Origin: Bacilli bacterium | GTDB lineage: Bacteria; Bacillota_I; Bacilli_A; RFN20; CAG-826 | Assembly: GCA_024683495.1 (NCBI GenBank) | Contig: JAIKYF010000056.1 | Coordinates: forward strand, 1-49,108 | Direction: 5' to 3' | DNA length: 49,108 nt | Shown: positions 9,307-20,200 of the stretch, in pieces | How positions within the stretch are numbered: position 1 is the first letter of the stretch | Layout of the letters: the number at the start of each line of letters is the position of its first letter | Translations under genes and position numbers: made by a program | Notes under the pieces: generated by a model | What the model saw: the letters and a program-made list of their open reading frames with translations, nothing else | Databases searched by the model: none | Told to the model about the DNA's origin: nothing

Positions 9307-10062
9307 ATGAAGAAAGCCCTTTTGAGAACCCTAATTTTATCCGCTTCCACAATCGGTCTTTTTGGCTGCGGAAAACCTCTCACCAGAACCGAAGTCCAAG
9401 AGATGCTCGTCACCATGCGCAATGAGGTCAATTCGGCCTCTTTTGAGCTTCCTGCTAATTATGGCTTGAATATCACCTTATCCAATAAGGAGAACGCCAA
9501 GATTTTCTCCGGCTATTCCTCAAGCGAGCATTATTATCACTATAAAAAGGAATCGACCTCCACGGATAATTCTGGCATTTACGAATACTACGAATACATT
9601 GACAACAATCGTTTGATCAAAGCCACGAATAACAACGGAACCAAAACCAAGAGCGTCTCCACCCCCTATGAGGATGAGGAGCTTGCCATCGCGGACTGGA
9701 ATACCGATATGGAGTCGTTAACCACCCCACACACCGGCTTGGACTATGGGATCACGACTATCTTCAAATACATCAAAGACGGGCCGCGTTTGGCCGGTTT
9801 AGCCTTAAATAAGTACACTAACACCAATGAGGGATATGAAGTCTTAAGCGAATCCTATTCCTCGATGGGCGAAAAGCAGCTCGATTTCTCCGTAAACTTC
9901 AAATATCAGGGAAATGAAGGGAAAATCGCTTATTCCTTCGTTGAATCCAAACTTACTTCTTTCACCGCTCCGCTTGATGATGGAACCCAAAGAAAAGTCG
10001 TATTTTCCTGGAATAATCCTAAAACTACCAAGCCTAATTTAACCGAATACGCCGACCAATAA
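9307..10062 (+). CDS. lipoprotein, unknown function
   Basis: Signal peptide with lipobox LFGC (MKKALLRTLILSASTIGLFGCG). Confidence 0.7.
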   Translation: MKKALLRTLILSASTIGLFGCGKPLTRTEVQEMLVTMRNEVNSASFELPANYGLNITLSNKENAKIFSGYSSSEHYYHYKKESTSTDNSGIYEYYEYIDNNRLIKATNNNGTKTKSVSTPYEDEELAIADWNTDMESLTTPHTGLDYGITTIFKYIKDGPRLAGLALNKYTNTNEGYEVLSESYSSMGEKQLDFSVNFKYQGNEGKIAYSFVESKLTSFTAPLDDGTQRKVVFSWNNPKTTKPNLTEYADQ

Positions 10063-10119
10063 AAATCGTTAAAATTTTTAATGCGAGAGTCGTGCATTTG
10101 GTGTATCATAGCAAAGCAC

Positions 10120-10211
10120 GGAGACGTACCCAAGAGGCCGAAGGGGGCAGGTTGCTAACCTGTTAGTAGGGCTCTGCCCTAGCAAGGGTTCAAATCCCTT
10201 CGTCTCCGCCA
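10120..10211 (+). tRNA. tRNA-Ser (anticodon GCU), CCA encoded
   Basis: Acceptor GGAGACG/CGTCTCC; anticodon loop TTGCTAA; long variable arm; T arm AAGGG-TTCAAAT-CCCTT; 3' GCCA. Confidence 0.9.
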
Positions 10212-10391
10212 CGATTGATTGTCAAGACACGTACGATAAAGTGCGTGTTTTTTCTTATTTTTAAGCATTTTGCTATATTTGGTCTAGTGAATACAACTTT
10301 AATCATTTTGTAACTGGACACATAAAAACCCCGTGAAAAATCTAGACGGACACAAGGTTTAAATCATATGGCCAGTTTGAATGATGGGACA

Positions 10392-11642
10392 CTAACTAAG
10401 TAAAAACTTTTTTAGTGGAATAACTTTGATTAAAAATCCATCGATTTCAATTATTTTTTCCTCTTCGTAAGTTATAATTATCAAATTGGATTTTGACTGA
10501 TTAGCTTTCGCAAAAGCGATTAAATTATTAACTTCACGATCATAAGCATCTTTTTCATCGATTGAATACGCTACTTGAATTGCGGTATTAAGTTCGGAAA
10601 GATAAAAATCAATATCAGCTTTGTTGCCTTTGAAGTAGTAAAGACAATCTTTGTGAGTTCTATATAAGTGTAGAGCTACTATATTTTCTAATAACGAACT
10701 TCTTTTATTATCTAAGAAAAGGTTTAAAATTCCGTTGTCCATAAAATAATATTTTGGATTGCTATTCTTATCTAAAAAATAAGCACAATAATTTTCTAGT
10801 GTAAACAAGAGAAAAGCATCCTTACAATATCCACAATAATCAATAACTATATCTTTAGATATCTTATATCCTATGCCAGTAATAATATTTTGAATTTTAG
10901 TAAAAGAAAGGTCTTGCTTTACCGATTCAGCAATTTTTTTAATCATCAGTTTGACGCCATTCTCATTTCTTATATTGTTATGAACAATAATATCGTTATA
11001 AAGAACCTTCTGATAAACGTTCGAAACATACTCTCTTTTGTTTTTAAAGCTAACAGATTCGGGGAAACCACCATTAACAAAATAATTATTTAATAAACTA
11101 TTTATTTGTCCAATCTCTTTAACAGAATATCCTTCTTTGTTTGCTTTATTGGCTCTTAAAAACTCATCAAAAGAATACGTCATGATTTCCTTAGAAATGT
11201 ATCTTCCGCCTAGTTTTGCTTCCACTTCTTTTGAGAGCATTTTTGCGTTGCTTCCGGTAATGTCAACTTTATATCCTTGATTTACAATGCGAATGGCAAA
11301 CTTTTCCCAATCATCGATATTTTGAATCTCATCGAAATAGAAATAATGTTTTTTGTTTGATAATTCTTCTGCAACTAAAAGAATGTCATCAAAATCGTTA
11401 GCCGTGAATCCAAGCAATCTTTCGTCATCGAAATTTATATAAATAATTTGATTCCAATCAACACCTTCGTTAATTAATTCTAGCGCTCTTTTATAAAGTA
11501 ATGTTGTTTTGCCTGCTCTTCTTAATCCAACCAAAACATAATTAATATCTTTTTCTAAAACAATATTCCTGTCAATTATCACAGCATCTTTAATAACTTG
11601 ATGTTGATCAAAGATAATTCTTTTTAAAGTTTCACGATTCAT
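10392..11642 (-). CDS. AAA-family ATPase (AAA_14 plus DUF4143-like architecture)
   Basis: 416 aa with Walker A GLRRAGKTT and Walker B-like YFYFDEIQ. Very AT-rich coding sequence, unlike the neighbouring genes. Confidence 0.7.
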   Translation of the reverse strand: MNRETLKRIIFDQHQVIKDAVIIDRNIVLEKDINYVLVGLRRAGKTTLLYKRALELINEGVDWNQIIYINFDDERLLGFTANDFDDILLVAEELSNKKHYFYFDEIQNIDDWEKFAIRIVNQGYKVDITGSNAKMLSKEVEAKLGGRYISKEIMTYSFDEFLRANKANKEGYSVKEIGQINSLLNNYFVNGGFPESVSFKNKREYVSNVYQKVLYNDIIVHNNIRNENGVKLMIKKIAESVKQDLSFTKIQNIITGIGYKISKDIVIDYCGYCKDAFLLFTLENYCAYFLDKNSNPKYYFMDNGILNLFLDNKRSSLLENIVALHLYRTHKDCLYYFKGNKADIDFYLSELNTAIQVAYSIDEKDAYDREVNNLIAFAKANQSKSNLIIITYEEEKIIEIDGFLIKVIPLKKFLLS

Positions 11643-11804
11643 AAATATTCCATCTGTCGAGTATATTCTACAATAAATATAAATATTTGTCGAGTATGAT
11701 GTTTAGTTATTAAAATTTACAATTAAATAAAACTAGCAAGCGAACAATTAATGACAATAGGTTTTGTAATTTTTGGAATTCAACTCCTTTTTTTCATATA
11801 TACC

Positions 11805-11825
11805 GTATGTGTATCGACAATTGGA
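11805..11825 (+). repeat. 21-nt repeat unit copy 1 (GTATGTGTATCGACAATTGGA)
   Basis: Identical to 12082-12102. It runs into the 12-bp palindrome GAGACATGTCTC (11824-11835). Confidence 0.8.
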
Positions 11826-12081
11826 GACATGTCTCATTTTAATAGTCATTATTCTCCCAGAGCCAGCATGATAAATATTGTCTTTTCAGCCGGAGTAGAG
11901 CTATCTGTAAAAATGAATTGTTCAAACTTGTTATCTCGATGGTCAATATTTTTTCCCAGTTTTATTTTAAATATTTTCCCCCACTTTCTTTTACAATGAA
12001 ACAGGCTATTTCTTTTAAACAAAAATAGGTTTTTATAAAAAACGATCAAAACAACAGTGCAATGCGATTTTAGTCGAAGAA

Positions 12082-12134
12082 GTATGTGTATCGACAATTG
12101 GACTTAAACACCTGCATGTGTGTGGACAATTGGA
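12082..12134 (+). repeat. 21-nt repeat unit copies 2 and 3, separated by 11 nt
   Basis: 12082-12102 is identical to copy 1. 12114-12134 (GCATGTGTGTGGACAATTGGA) matches at 18/21 positions. Confidence 0.8.
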
Positions 12135-12147
12135 GACATCTAAAATG

Positions 12148-12171
12148 AAAGCGCACCAGCCGGTGCGCTTT
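12148..12171 (-). terminator. Rho-independent terminator at the end of the surface-protein operon
   Basis: The minus strand reads AAAGCGCACC-ggct-GGTGCGCTTT followed by CATTTTAG, immediately after the TGA of the 1686-aa gene. Confidence 0.75.
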
Positions 12172-12175
12172 TCTA

Positions 12176-15100
12176 TCATGGAGCGGTTATTGTTCCGTTT
12201 TGATCCATCGTGTAGCCAGAACTGAAGGTAACGATGTTATTGGTTGTGTCAAGTGAATCGGAAGTTCCTAGATCAATGATATTTCCGCTATCATCCAATG
12301 TCCAATAGTAAACCGAGCTGGTGCTTAACAATGCAGCCGGGGAAACATTTGTGTTTACCACGTGGCTCCAATCGTTAACGTAGAACCTGACGTAGCTATT
12401 GAGGTATTGACCGCTCTGCCATTCGAAGACATTCTCATCGATGGTGGTGCTCAAGGTGTAATTTTGATAGGAATAGATTGTTAAACCCAAACCTTGCGTG
12501 CAGCCATCAATAACGCTTTCTTGCCAGTTGTAACTTAATGTGAATCCACTTGGCAGAACTAATGTTGTTAATGACGTGCAATTATCCCAGAATGACCCTT
12601 TCGAATAGTTCTCATTCTTGACGATGTTGCAATTGCCGTTTGAGAAGGTGAAGGATGTTAGGGAGGAATTGTCTCTGAAACAACCGGTGAATAAAGTTAC
12701 ATTACTTCCCTGATACACCACCGAAGTTATAGCGGTGTTTTTGAATGATTCAGTTCCGATCGTAGTCACACTCGCCGGGATAACGATATCCCCGCCTAAC
12801 GATCCGGCTTGCTCAAAAGCATGGGCGTAGATTGTCTGCAATCTGGTGAGGTGCGCAAAATCGAAATTATTGAGGCTGCTGCACTTATAGAAGGCGTTAT
12901 CGTTAATGCCTGTGATCAAGGTGTTGTCTGCATTGTTCTTGGCGGTGAAGGAAGCTAGGCTTGTATCCTCGCTAAAGGCGTATCTGCCTATAGATTTTAC
13001 GTGAGAAGTATATTCGACATTAGTCAAAGATGTGCAATATGCAAAGCAATAATTGGCGAGGTTAATATTTCCTTTACCGTCCTCTGAAGGGAAAACGATG
13101 CTAGTAATCGGATTATTAGCAAAGGAAGATTCCCCTAACTGAATCTCGCTAGTGGTGATATTTGATAAATCAACCGTCTCCAAAGAGTCACAAGAACGGA
13201 AACTTTCCTTGGCAATAACACTGGTTCCGGCCGGGAAGGTAACGCTAGTCAAAGAATCGCAATTATAGAAGGCGGCATCATTAATGGTAACGGTTGCCGA
13301 GGTTGGCCAAGTAATCGAAGATAAGGAAGTGCAGTTCTTGAAGGCACTTGCGTTAATCGTAATCGAGCCGGTTACATTGCTTAAATCGATGCTTGTGAGG
13401 CCTGTACAATCTTGGAATGCTCCAGAACCGATTGTGAAGTTGGCGACATTTGGCGCAGTAAAATTCCTTAAAACCGTATTGTTTTTGAAACAATCACTAC
13501 CGATAGAGGAGTATCCTGTGTAAGTCAAATCGAGAACCCCGGGTTCGGCTATTCTTTCAGATGAAGTGGCGCCTGGAGTAGAATAAGTCATACCTGCAGT
13601 CGTGATGTCGGCAAACAAACCATCGGGAATAGATGCACCCTCATTGTAAGGAAGATTGACATAAGAAAGGATTTCGCAGCCGCTGAAAGCATATTCTGGA
13701 ACGATAAAATTCGTTAGCGATTCAGAACGAAGGTTGCATAAATTGTTCTCATATTGCCTAACCGGCACGTAAAGATAGACGTATGAATCGCTATCTGTGA
13801 CTGCCGTAGAGGTATAAGACTTTCTTGTGGCAATCGCGGAGAATAATGCTTGTGGAATGGTGTTATTGTTCGAATCCTTTGGGAAGGCTCCAAGCGACAA
13901 TTCATCAATCCAATAGCCCATCTTAAAGGCTCCAAACAAAGAAGCGGCTTCTCTATTGTTGGCATTATATGAAGTATATTCGCCGTTAGACCCCCAGACC
14001 GTAACTTCATTAGGAACTGTCCTCCTGAAATCGGCATAGTCCCTATTTAAAACTAACTGTAAGCCAGAAGCGTTCTTGGCAACGGCATCAGTGGAATAAA
14101 GACTGCTCGTGCATGTCTCGCTTGAAGCGTTCGTATAAGTGGAAGTGGTGTAGTATTGGCTTGTGCCATTCGCGAACGTAATCAAACGCAAGTCGATGCA
14201 GTTAGAGAAAACCGAGCCGATCTTGTTTGTGGTATTGGCGCTTGTGTTCTCGTAGAAGATGCAGTTCGAAGGAATGTTGCAAGCCTTTTGCAAACCGCTG
14301 AAAAGGAAAGCGTATTTCCCTATTTCGGTCAATCCGGAAGGGAAGGACCACTCCGACGGAGTATCGTTTCTGGAGTAGGAAGAGATTTTTCTTACACCAT
14401 ATGCCCTAATGAAAGCATATTCACCGATTCTGGTGATAGAGTTCGGCAATATTACTTCTTGTAACTCAGGGTGATTGGCGGCAATCGTTTTGTGATTGTT
14501 GGAATCCCACCCATCAGAAGAGAAGGCGGCTGAGAAAGCTGAGTCTCCGACTTCAGTGACGGTGTAAGTCGTGCCATCTTTAGTGACTGTCTCTGGAATT
14601 TTTGCTGATCCATTGAATGGCAAAGGGGTATTTTCTTCAACTCCGCCATAATCATCTGAATCATAGGAATTTGCCCTATCTCTATCATAAAGATATTTTG
14701 AAAGAATAGCGGTGGCATTGTTTCCAGTTCCTGAGCACACATAGGCACATTGTTCCTCGCGAATTCCATCACGTATAACTAATCTATTTGAATTGCCAGA
14801 ACCAAGAGAAACCGTGACGTTATTGATGCCCTTTGTAGGTTCGTTTATGGTTTCTTCATAATAAATGTTCTCATAGGTCGGCATTATCTGAGAAATGTTG
14901 TAACTGCTGATAAAGCCATTATTTTTCGATGTCGCGCTGCTATTAAAACAATAGCCGATATAGCCCTTGGTAGAAAAGCTCTCGTCGCCGATTGTCCTCC
15001 ATCTATAATTGTCGTTGATAGAAGAGGTGGACATTTCATTTCCATTTTTCCATGTATTGATGACGTTCATTACGTTGGCCTCGCCATTGTAATAGATATT

Positions 15101-17236
15101 GGTTGTTTCGGTGCTCGTTAAATAGAGGGCAGCCCTAGAGTTACCTTGCATAGAATCATATTGGAAGATCAATTTCGTCGATTGATTTGGCAAAATGAGG
15201 TTCTGCAATGCTGGGCCTGGTGCGAAATCGTTATGGTAACGCCCGGCATTAGAACCAACCGCAGGTTCTGACCACTTACCGTTTTCGCAATGGAAGAAGA
15301 TGGATCTCCCGCTTCTTTCCTCACAAATGAGGGTATGAAGATTTTCGCAGAAAGCAAAAGTTTGAATTGGAATGACAAGATTAGCGGTTTCGCTCGTTAC
15401 GTTAGAACCCTTGAAAATGACGGTACCGAGCAATGGGCAATTAGCGAAGAAATGGGCGGCGTATTGCGTGTAGTTAATGCCATCGAATTGGTTGCATATG
15501 CTGCTTGGAATACCGAAATGTGAGAATGTTCTTGGGAAAATGATAGTGGATAATTTATATTTTTCTGTCCCGTCGGTGTTGAAACGACTGTAATGGACTT
15601 TTCTATCAGCAAAGCCGGAGGATCCTCTTCCGTTGCCATAATAGCCCAATCTGTAGAATTGGTCGTGGCCCATAAAGACTAATTGGGATTTCTCGTCGTC
15701 ATAATCCCACCGGAAATCGGTAACGCCGATCATTTCGTTCGTACCTTCATTGCAGAATGCTTGATTACCGATGTATTTTAGGCCATAAGGCAAATGCAAG
15801 TATTTGAAATTTTGCCGATGCGGCGCTTTAGAGAAGGCGAAATCGCAAACTATTTCCAAATCGGTTAAGTCGGAAAGATCCACGCGGCTAAGGACTTCCA
15901 TCGATCCGGTTTCATCCGTTTTGCAGTCATTTATCGTTGGTACATCAACGACCACATTAGAATCGATGACTGTACAGTTGTTGAATCCGTCAAAGAAGCT
16001 GTTTTCTATCCGCCTTAAAGTGGTTGGCAGATATATGCGCCGAATGCTGCCTTTTATATCATTTAAGGCAGTTTGTGCGATTACTCTGACCTTGTTCTTT
16101 GGCTCGGTGATAGGTAGGTTATCAGGTATGGCCAAAAAGGTTACATTGCTAGTGGACCCAACGTATTTAGTGATGGTGACGTCATTAAATTCCCCGTTGG
16201 CGGTAACGGTGTATTCCCAGTCTTCATTACGATAGGAACCGCCGCTAATTAGCGTGTAATTACCATTCACATAATAGTTATTGGCGGCATTAGAGGGGTT
16301 ATCGCGGTCCTTATGCCATCCCCAGAGTGAATTATTGCCTGTTCCGTACCAAGTCGAGAAGTCGCTGCTTGAAGCGGAGAAGTAGAATTGAAGGCTGCTG
16401 CTGCAATAGTTAAAGGCATGTGGCTCAATCACGCCGTCGGAATCGAAGAAAATCTTTGGAATGAAGATTTTGGTAAGGCTTGTGCATCCTTGGAATGCTC
16501 TAGCGCGAATCGTCGTGATGGATTGGAAAGAAAGCATTGTTGAGAAACTAGAGCACCCATTGAAGGCTTCATAATCAATGATCTCAACCGCGGTTGGAAG
16601 ATACACGTTCTGCAAGGCCTTGCAGTTAAGGAAACAGAAAGCCGGAATCTTTCTAAGCGTCGAAGAAATGATGTCTTCGGTGCTTGGAGCGGAAACGGTA
16701 CAGGTATTTAAGGCGGACGTGCTTGTCGCGGATTTGTTGCTATTTTGGATATTGACGGTGGTCAGGCTCGTGCAGGAATAGAAAGCTGCCTCCCCGATTG
16801 ATTCGACGGTATAGGGGATGGTGATAGTTCTGATTCTGCTATAGATAAAAGCTTCATAGTCTATAACGCAAATTTTGGTGCTGAGAGTAATCGTGCTGAC
16901 ATAGAGATCTTGGAATCCGTTTCTCCAGATGCAAGTTACATCCTTTCCGTTATAGGTCGAAGGAACGGTCAAATTATTGCCGAAGTTAAATCCTCTTTTA
17001 TCTTCAGCCAAAGCGACAGCATATGTATTGGCATAAGTGCCAGATGAAATTAGATAATAAGAGAAATTCCCAGAAGTATCTTCATAATTACCTTCGATAA
17101 GATAATGTGGTTCGTTCTTTATCGGATCAAAAGCCCTATAAGTCGAGGCTCCTGTATCCGAACAGGAATAGTTAAGAGGAAGCATAACAAAAAGCAACGC
17201 TAGCATCTTAAGTTTTTCAAATAGTGCTTTTTTCAT
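12176..17236 (-). CDS. giant BspA-type leucine-rich-repeat surface protein (operon gene 4)
   Basis: 1686 aa. N-terminal signal peptide with a possible, non-canonical lipobox (LPLNYSC). Many LRR_5-like units (e.g. IPYTVESIGEAAFYSCTSLTTVNI, ...IGSGAFQDCTGLTSIDL, ...INASAFKNCTSLSSITW). No LPXTG. SD GGAGGAAAAAGA directly precedes the ATG. Confidence 0.8.
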   Translation of the reverse strand: MKKALFEKLKMLALLFVMLPLNYSCSDTGASTYRAFDPIKNEPHYLIEGNYEDTSGNFSYYLISSGTYANTYAVALAEDKRGFNFGNNLTVPSTYNGKDVTCIWRNGFQDLYVSTITLSTKICVIDYEAFIYSRIRTITIPYTVESIGEAAFYSCTSLTTVNIQNSNKSATSTSALNTCTVSAPSTEDIISSTLRKIPAFCFLNCKALQNVYLPTAVEIIDYEAFNGCSSFSTMLSFQSITTIRARAFQGCTSLTKIFIPKIFFDSDGVIEPHAFNYCSSSLQFYFSASSSDFSTWYGTGNNSLWGWHKDRDNPSNAANNYYVNGNYTLISGGSYRNEDWEYTVTANGEFNDVTITKYVGSTSNVTFLAIPDNLPITEPKNKVRVIAQTALNDIKGSIRRIYLPTTLRRIENSFFDGFNNCTVIDSNVVVDVPTINDCKTDETGSMEVLSRVDLSDLTDLEIVCDFAFSKAPHRQNFKYLHLPYGLKYIGNQAFCNEGTNEMIGVTDFRWDYDDEKSQLVFMGHDQFYRLGYYGNGRGSSGFADRKVHYSRFNTDGTEKYKLSTIIFPRTFSHFGIPSSICNQFDGINYTQYAAHFFANCPLLGTVIFKGSNVTSETANLVIPIQTFAFCENLHTLICEERSGRSIFFHCENGKWSEPAVGSNAGRYHNDFAPGPALQNLILPNQSTKLIFQYDSMQGNSRAALYLTSTETTNIYYNGEANVMNVINTWKNGNEMSTSSINDNYRWRTIGDESFSTKGYIGYCFNSSATSKNNGFISSYNISQIMPTYENIYYEETINEPTKGINNVTVSLGSGNSNRLVIRDGIREEQCAYVCSGTGNNATAILSKYLYDRDRANSYDSDDYGGVEENTPLPFNGSAKIPETVTKDGTTYTVTEVGDSAFSAAFSSDGWDSNNHKTIAANHPELQEVILPNSITRIGEYAFIRAYGVRKISSYSRNDTPSEWSFPSGLTEIGKYAFLFSGLQKACNIPSNCIFYENTSANTTNKIGSVFSNCIDLRLITFANGTSQYYTTSTYTNASSETCTSSLYSTDAVAKNASGLQLVLNRDYADFRRTVPNEVTVWGSNGEYTSYNANNREAASLFGAFKMGYWIDELSLGAFPKDSNNNTIPQALFSAIATRKSYTSTAVTDSDSYVYLYVPVRQYENNLCNLRSESLTNFIVPEYAFSGCEILSYVNLPYNEGASIPDGLFADITTAGMTYSTPGATSSERIAEPGVLDLTYTGYSSIGSDCFKNNTVLRNFTAPNVANFTIGSGAFQDCTGLTSIDLSNVTGSITINASAFKNCTSLSSITWPTSATVTINDAAFYNCDSLTSVTFPAGTSVIAKESFRSCDSLETVDLSNITTSEIQLGESSFANNPITSIVFPSEDGKGNINLANYCFAYCTSLTNVEYTSHVKSIGRYAFSEDTSLASFTAKNNADNTLITGINDNAFYKCSSLNNFDFAHLTRLQTIYAHAFEQAGSLGGDIVIPASVTTIGTESFKNTAITSVVYQGSNVTLFTGCFRDNSSLTSFTFSNGNCNIVKNENYSKGSFWDNCTSLTTLVLPSGFTLSYNWQESVIDGCTQGLGLTIYSYQNYTLSTTIDENVFEWQSGQYLNSYVRFYVNDWSHVVNTNVSPAALLSTSSVYYWTLDDSGNIIDLGTSDSLDTTNNIVTFSSGYTMDQNGTITAP

Positions 17237-17247
17237 TCTTTTTCCTC

Positions 17248-20200
17248 CTAATAAGTATAAGTTATGACGTCATCGGTACTACTGGCAGCCCCGAATAATG
17301 ATATTGATGTATTAACCAATCCTGGCAATGTCTCACTATGCGTTCGGCCATAGTTATTGACTGAGATGTGAGTCATCTTGGAGAGGTCTGTGGTAGTTAT
17401 CTTGAAGATATTGTCCTCGTATTTGAAACTGATATCTGATGTATCTGCCGCAAAGAGCGAACGATCTGAGTTAGTGAGCATGACATAGCAGCGTTGATTA
17501 TCCAAACGTGGATCATCGGCATCATACGTGGAGGCGTCACCTAAGGTGATGTTTGTCGTGGTGGTGCCAGTTCCGGAATCGTATGTGAAGCGCTCTTGCT
17601 TCGTAAAGTCGACGTTTCGGACCACGTCGTTGCTGGCATAGGTGTTATCGATGAACTCCAATTGACCATCATTTTGGCCCTGAGCGCAAACATAGAAGAT
17701 TTTCGCAATGCCCAATGATCCTGACGCGCCATTTCCCGGACCGGTTGCCGAACCAAGGCAATAGCGTCCTTGCGGAAGTTTGAATGTATGGGCGAATAAG
17801 CGGGTTTTGCCCGAGGTATATCCATATTCGCTGCCATAAGAGTATGTCTTCGGCATCGTCGCATCGATGGTGTTATTGGAACTGGTGATTTCCGTGAAAG
17901 TGGATCCGTCGTTATTGTAAACGCCAACATGTCCTGTTGATAATGAGCCATAGTAGGTGGTCTTGTAGTCAAAATAAGCTAAGTGATCATCTGTAGGCAT
18001 GAAGAATGCGTAATCTGGAGATTCGAAATCCTTATCGATATATCTCGCGGGCGCAGTCCCTTTGTATAAGGAATCATCATCGATTTTATAGACGCCTAGT
18101 GCCGCCGGTTTAGAGGTGTCAACCAGTCCTGCGACGACGGTGACATTGGCATAGGCGGTTTTAATCTCAAAATTGACCATGTTCGCGGCAGGGTTATTAT
18201 GTTCCTCGCTTTCCACGCAATACATATAGGTTCGGCTTTGATCGCCATAATGAGATAAGTTAGGAGTGGCGAAACTCGCGGAAAGAGAAGTGATTTCTTT
18301 GCCGTAGACGTTTCTTAACATGACACCGGATTTGGCGTTATTCTTTGGAATCGGATCGCCATTCTGGTCGATTAATTTGTAATAGAAATAGTTAGATAAG
18401 AACGATCCGCCGGGAGTGCTGGTGTCAACATCCGAGAAATAGAAAGACTTTGCCGCCCTTTGGGCATCTAATGGGAATCTAAAGAAGTAGTTTTGCCTCC
18501 ATTCACGGTAGGCGAAGACATCTGAGGATATCTCATCATATGATGGCAAATGGTGGCCCAAATAGAAATCGCTTGGGCTGTCGGAATTGAAAGAATCGCG
18601 ATATTTGGAGAAGGCGATGCCTGAATTGGCATCATATTCGCCAGTCGCATAATATAGATAGTAGCGGTCGTTATCATCGACGTCTTTAGCGGTGACATCT
18701 TCAGTGGAAACCAACGATTTGTCGATAGCGGAATAGACGTCGGCTTCGACGTGGTTGCCAGAAGAGTCGGTGGCGATGGTGAAAACGCCTAGGTCTTTAT
18801 TGGAGATAACCTTGTTTCCCCTGAAAGAAACCGTATCTTCCTCTTTAGTTACGTATTGCTTGACCTGGGATCCTCCGCTTTCGATATATCTATAACGGAG
18901 ATATTCAAGATATTTGCTTGTAGAAATCGGGGTATAGGAAATGGCGCTTCCATTATTCAAGGATTCCGAATTCGAGAAGGAGGAGGAGTTGATGACGTCA
19001 TTATAGACGGTCGTAAAGTCCAAAACGCCGATATCCTTACCGGTTTTAGTAGCGGCATCGGCTTCAAGGGCGGCAAGGTTATTAACGGTGTTGCCAGTTA
19101 AACCGATTAGGCCTAAGCTCGAGGCATTCTCTAGTGCATTATATGTATCGGCTAAGCCGGTGATATTCTCGCCATCATTCATTTTGAACGAGCCTTTATA
19201 AACATAGCAATCATGCAAAGATCCGTCGCAATGGCCAATCACTAAACCGATGTTGTTGGAATGACCCAACCCTAACGTCGTTTCCATGGAAATGGCGGTG
19301 CTGTTGATAGATTCTAAAGTGAAAAGGAAACTGAGGGTCAGCAATACTTTGGTATGCTCCAAACCATGGGAATCGGTTACGGAAGCGATTAGAGAGACGC
19401 TTGTCGAGGATTGAAGCGGGAATTCAACCCCTTCAAGATCCCTTTTGTCACCGAAAAGGGAGAAAATGTTGTCGGTATTTGGAGTTATGACCCCGTTGCT
19501 TTCGCTGATGAGGTTCCCGGAAATTAGGGTTTTATACTTATATCCATCGTTGTTTGGGTAGGAATAAGTGACTTGAGGAATCGTGGCTTCTCCATCATAT
19601 GTAAAATTTTCGGTGGAAACCGCGTTGAAAATCATATAGCCATAATTGTCGACGCTTTTACTGAAGGTGATTTCGTTGTCGCTGACTGAGGTATCGGGGT
19701 CGTAGGTGTAAGAAACGCCATTGGCTAAAGTGCTTGACGGACCATATAGACCAACATAGTCATCGGTATAGCCTAAGGTATTTATCGTCACATTGCTTAA
19801 GAATAGGTCGTGAACGAGCGAGCCATGCGCGGTATAGCCGAATAAGCCGGCATCTTCTGGGTCGGCATAGACGTTTAGGTTCTTGATTTCCAAACTCTGC
19901 CCGTCGAATTCCCCATAGAATGGCAATGATTCAGAGCCAATCGCGTTGATTGGGTTATTCGTATATGTCGAAGTCGACATGTCGAGGAATGGAACGGTCG
20001 TCATGGATGAGTCATTGAGGTAGCATAACGGCCCGGCTGAAGGATCGGCCCCATTTAGTTCCTCTAAACCGAGTTGGAAATAGGTTTTCGCGCCGAAAAC
20101 GCCTAAACCTTGAAGTCTAGACAAGTTATACATGTGGCGGGGTCTAGTGATGACGTATGGATTCTCTTCCGTTCCGGCGCCGGTCTCAAAATATGAACGC

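Noticed and set aside
10215-11823. Possible terminal inverted repeats of the AT-rich islet (ATTGTCAAGACAC at about 10219 versus GTGTATCGACAAT at 11811)
   Set aside because: The match is only 11/13. My rough estimate is that matches of this quality are expected by chance given the search space, and no transposase or integrase is present.
11751-12097. Two overlapping 82-aa ORFs (11751-11999 plus strand, 11849-12097 minus strand)
   Set aside because: They sit in an AT-rich, repeat-bearing spacer and mutually overlap on opposite strands. They have no SD, and their composition looks non-coding.
13284-19101. Antisense and off-frame ORFs inside the two giant operon genes (e.g. 13714-14037, 15804-16235, 17541-17972, 18856-19101)
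   Set aside because: They are embedded in long ORFs with clear domain repeats. There are no independent start signals.
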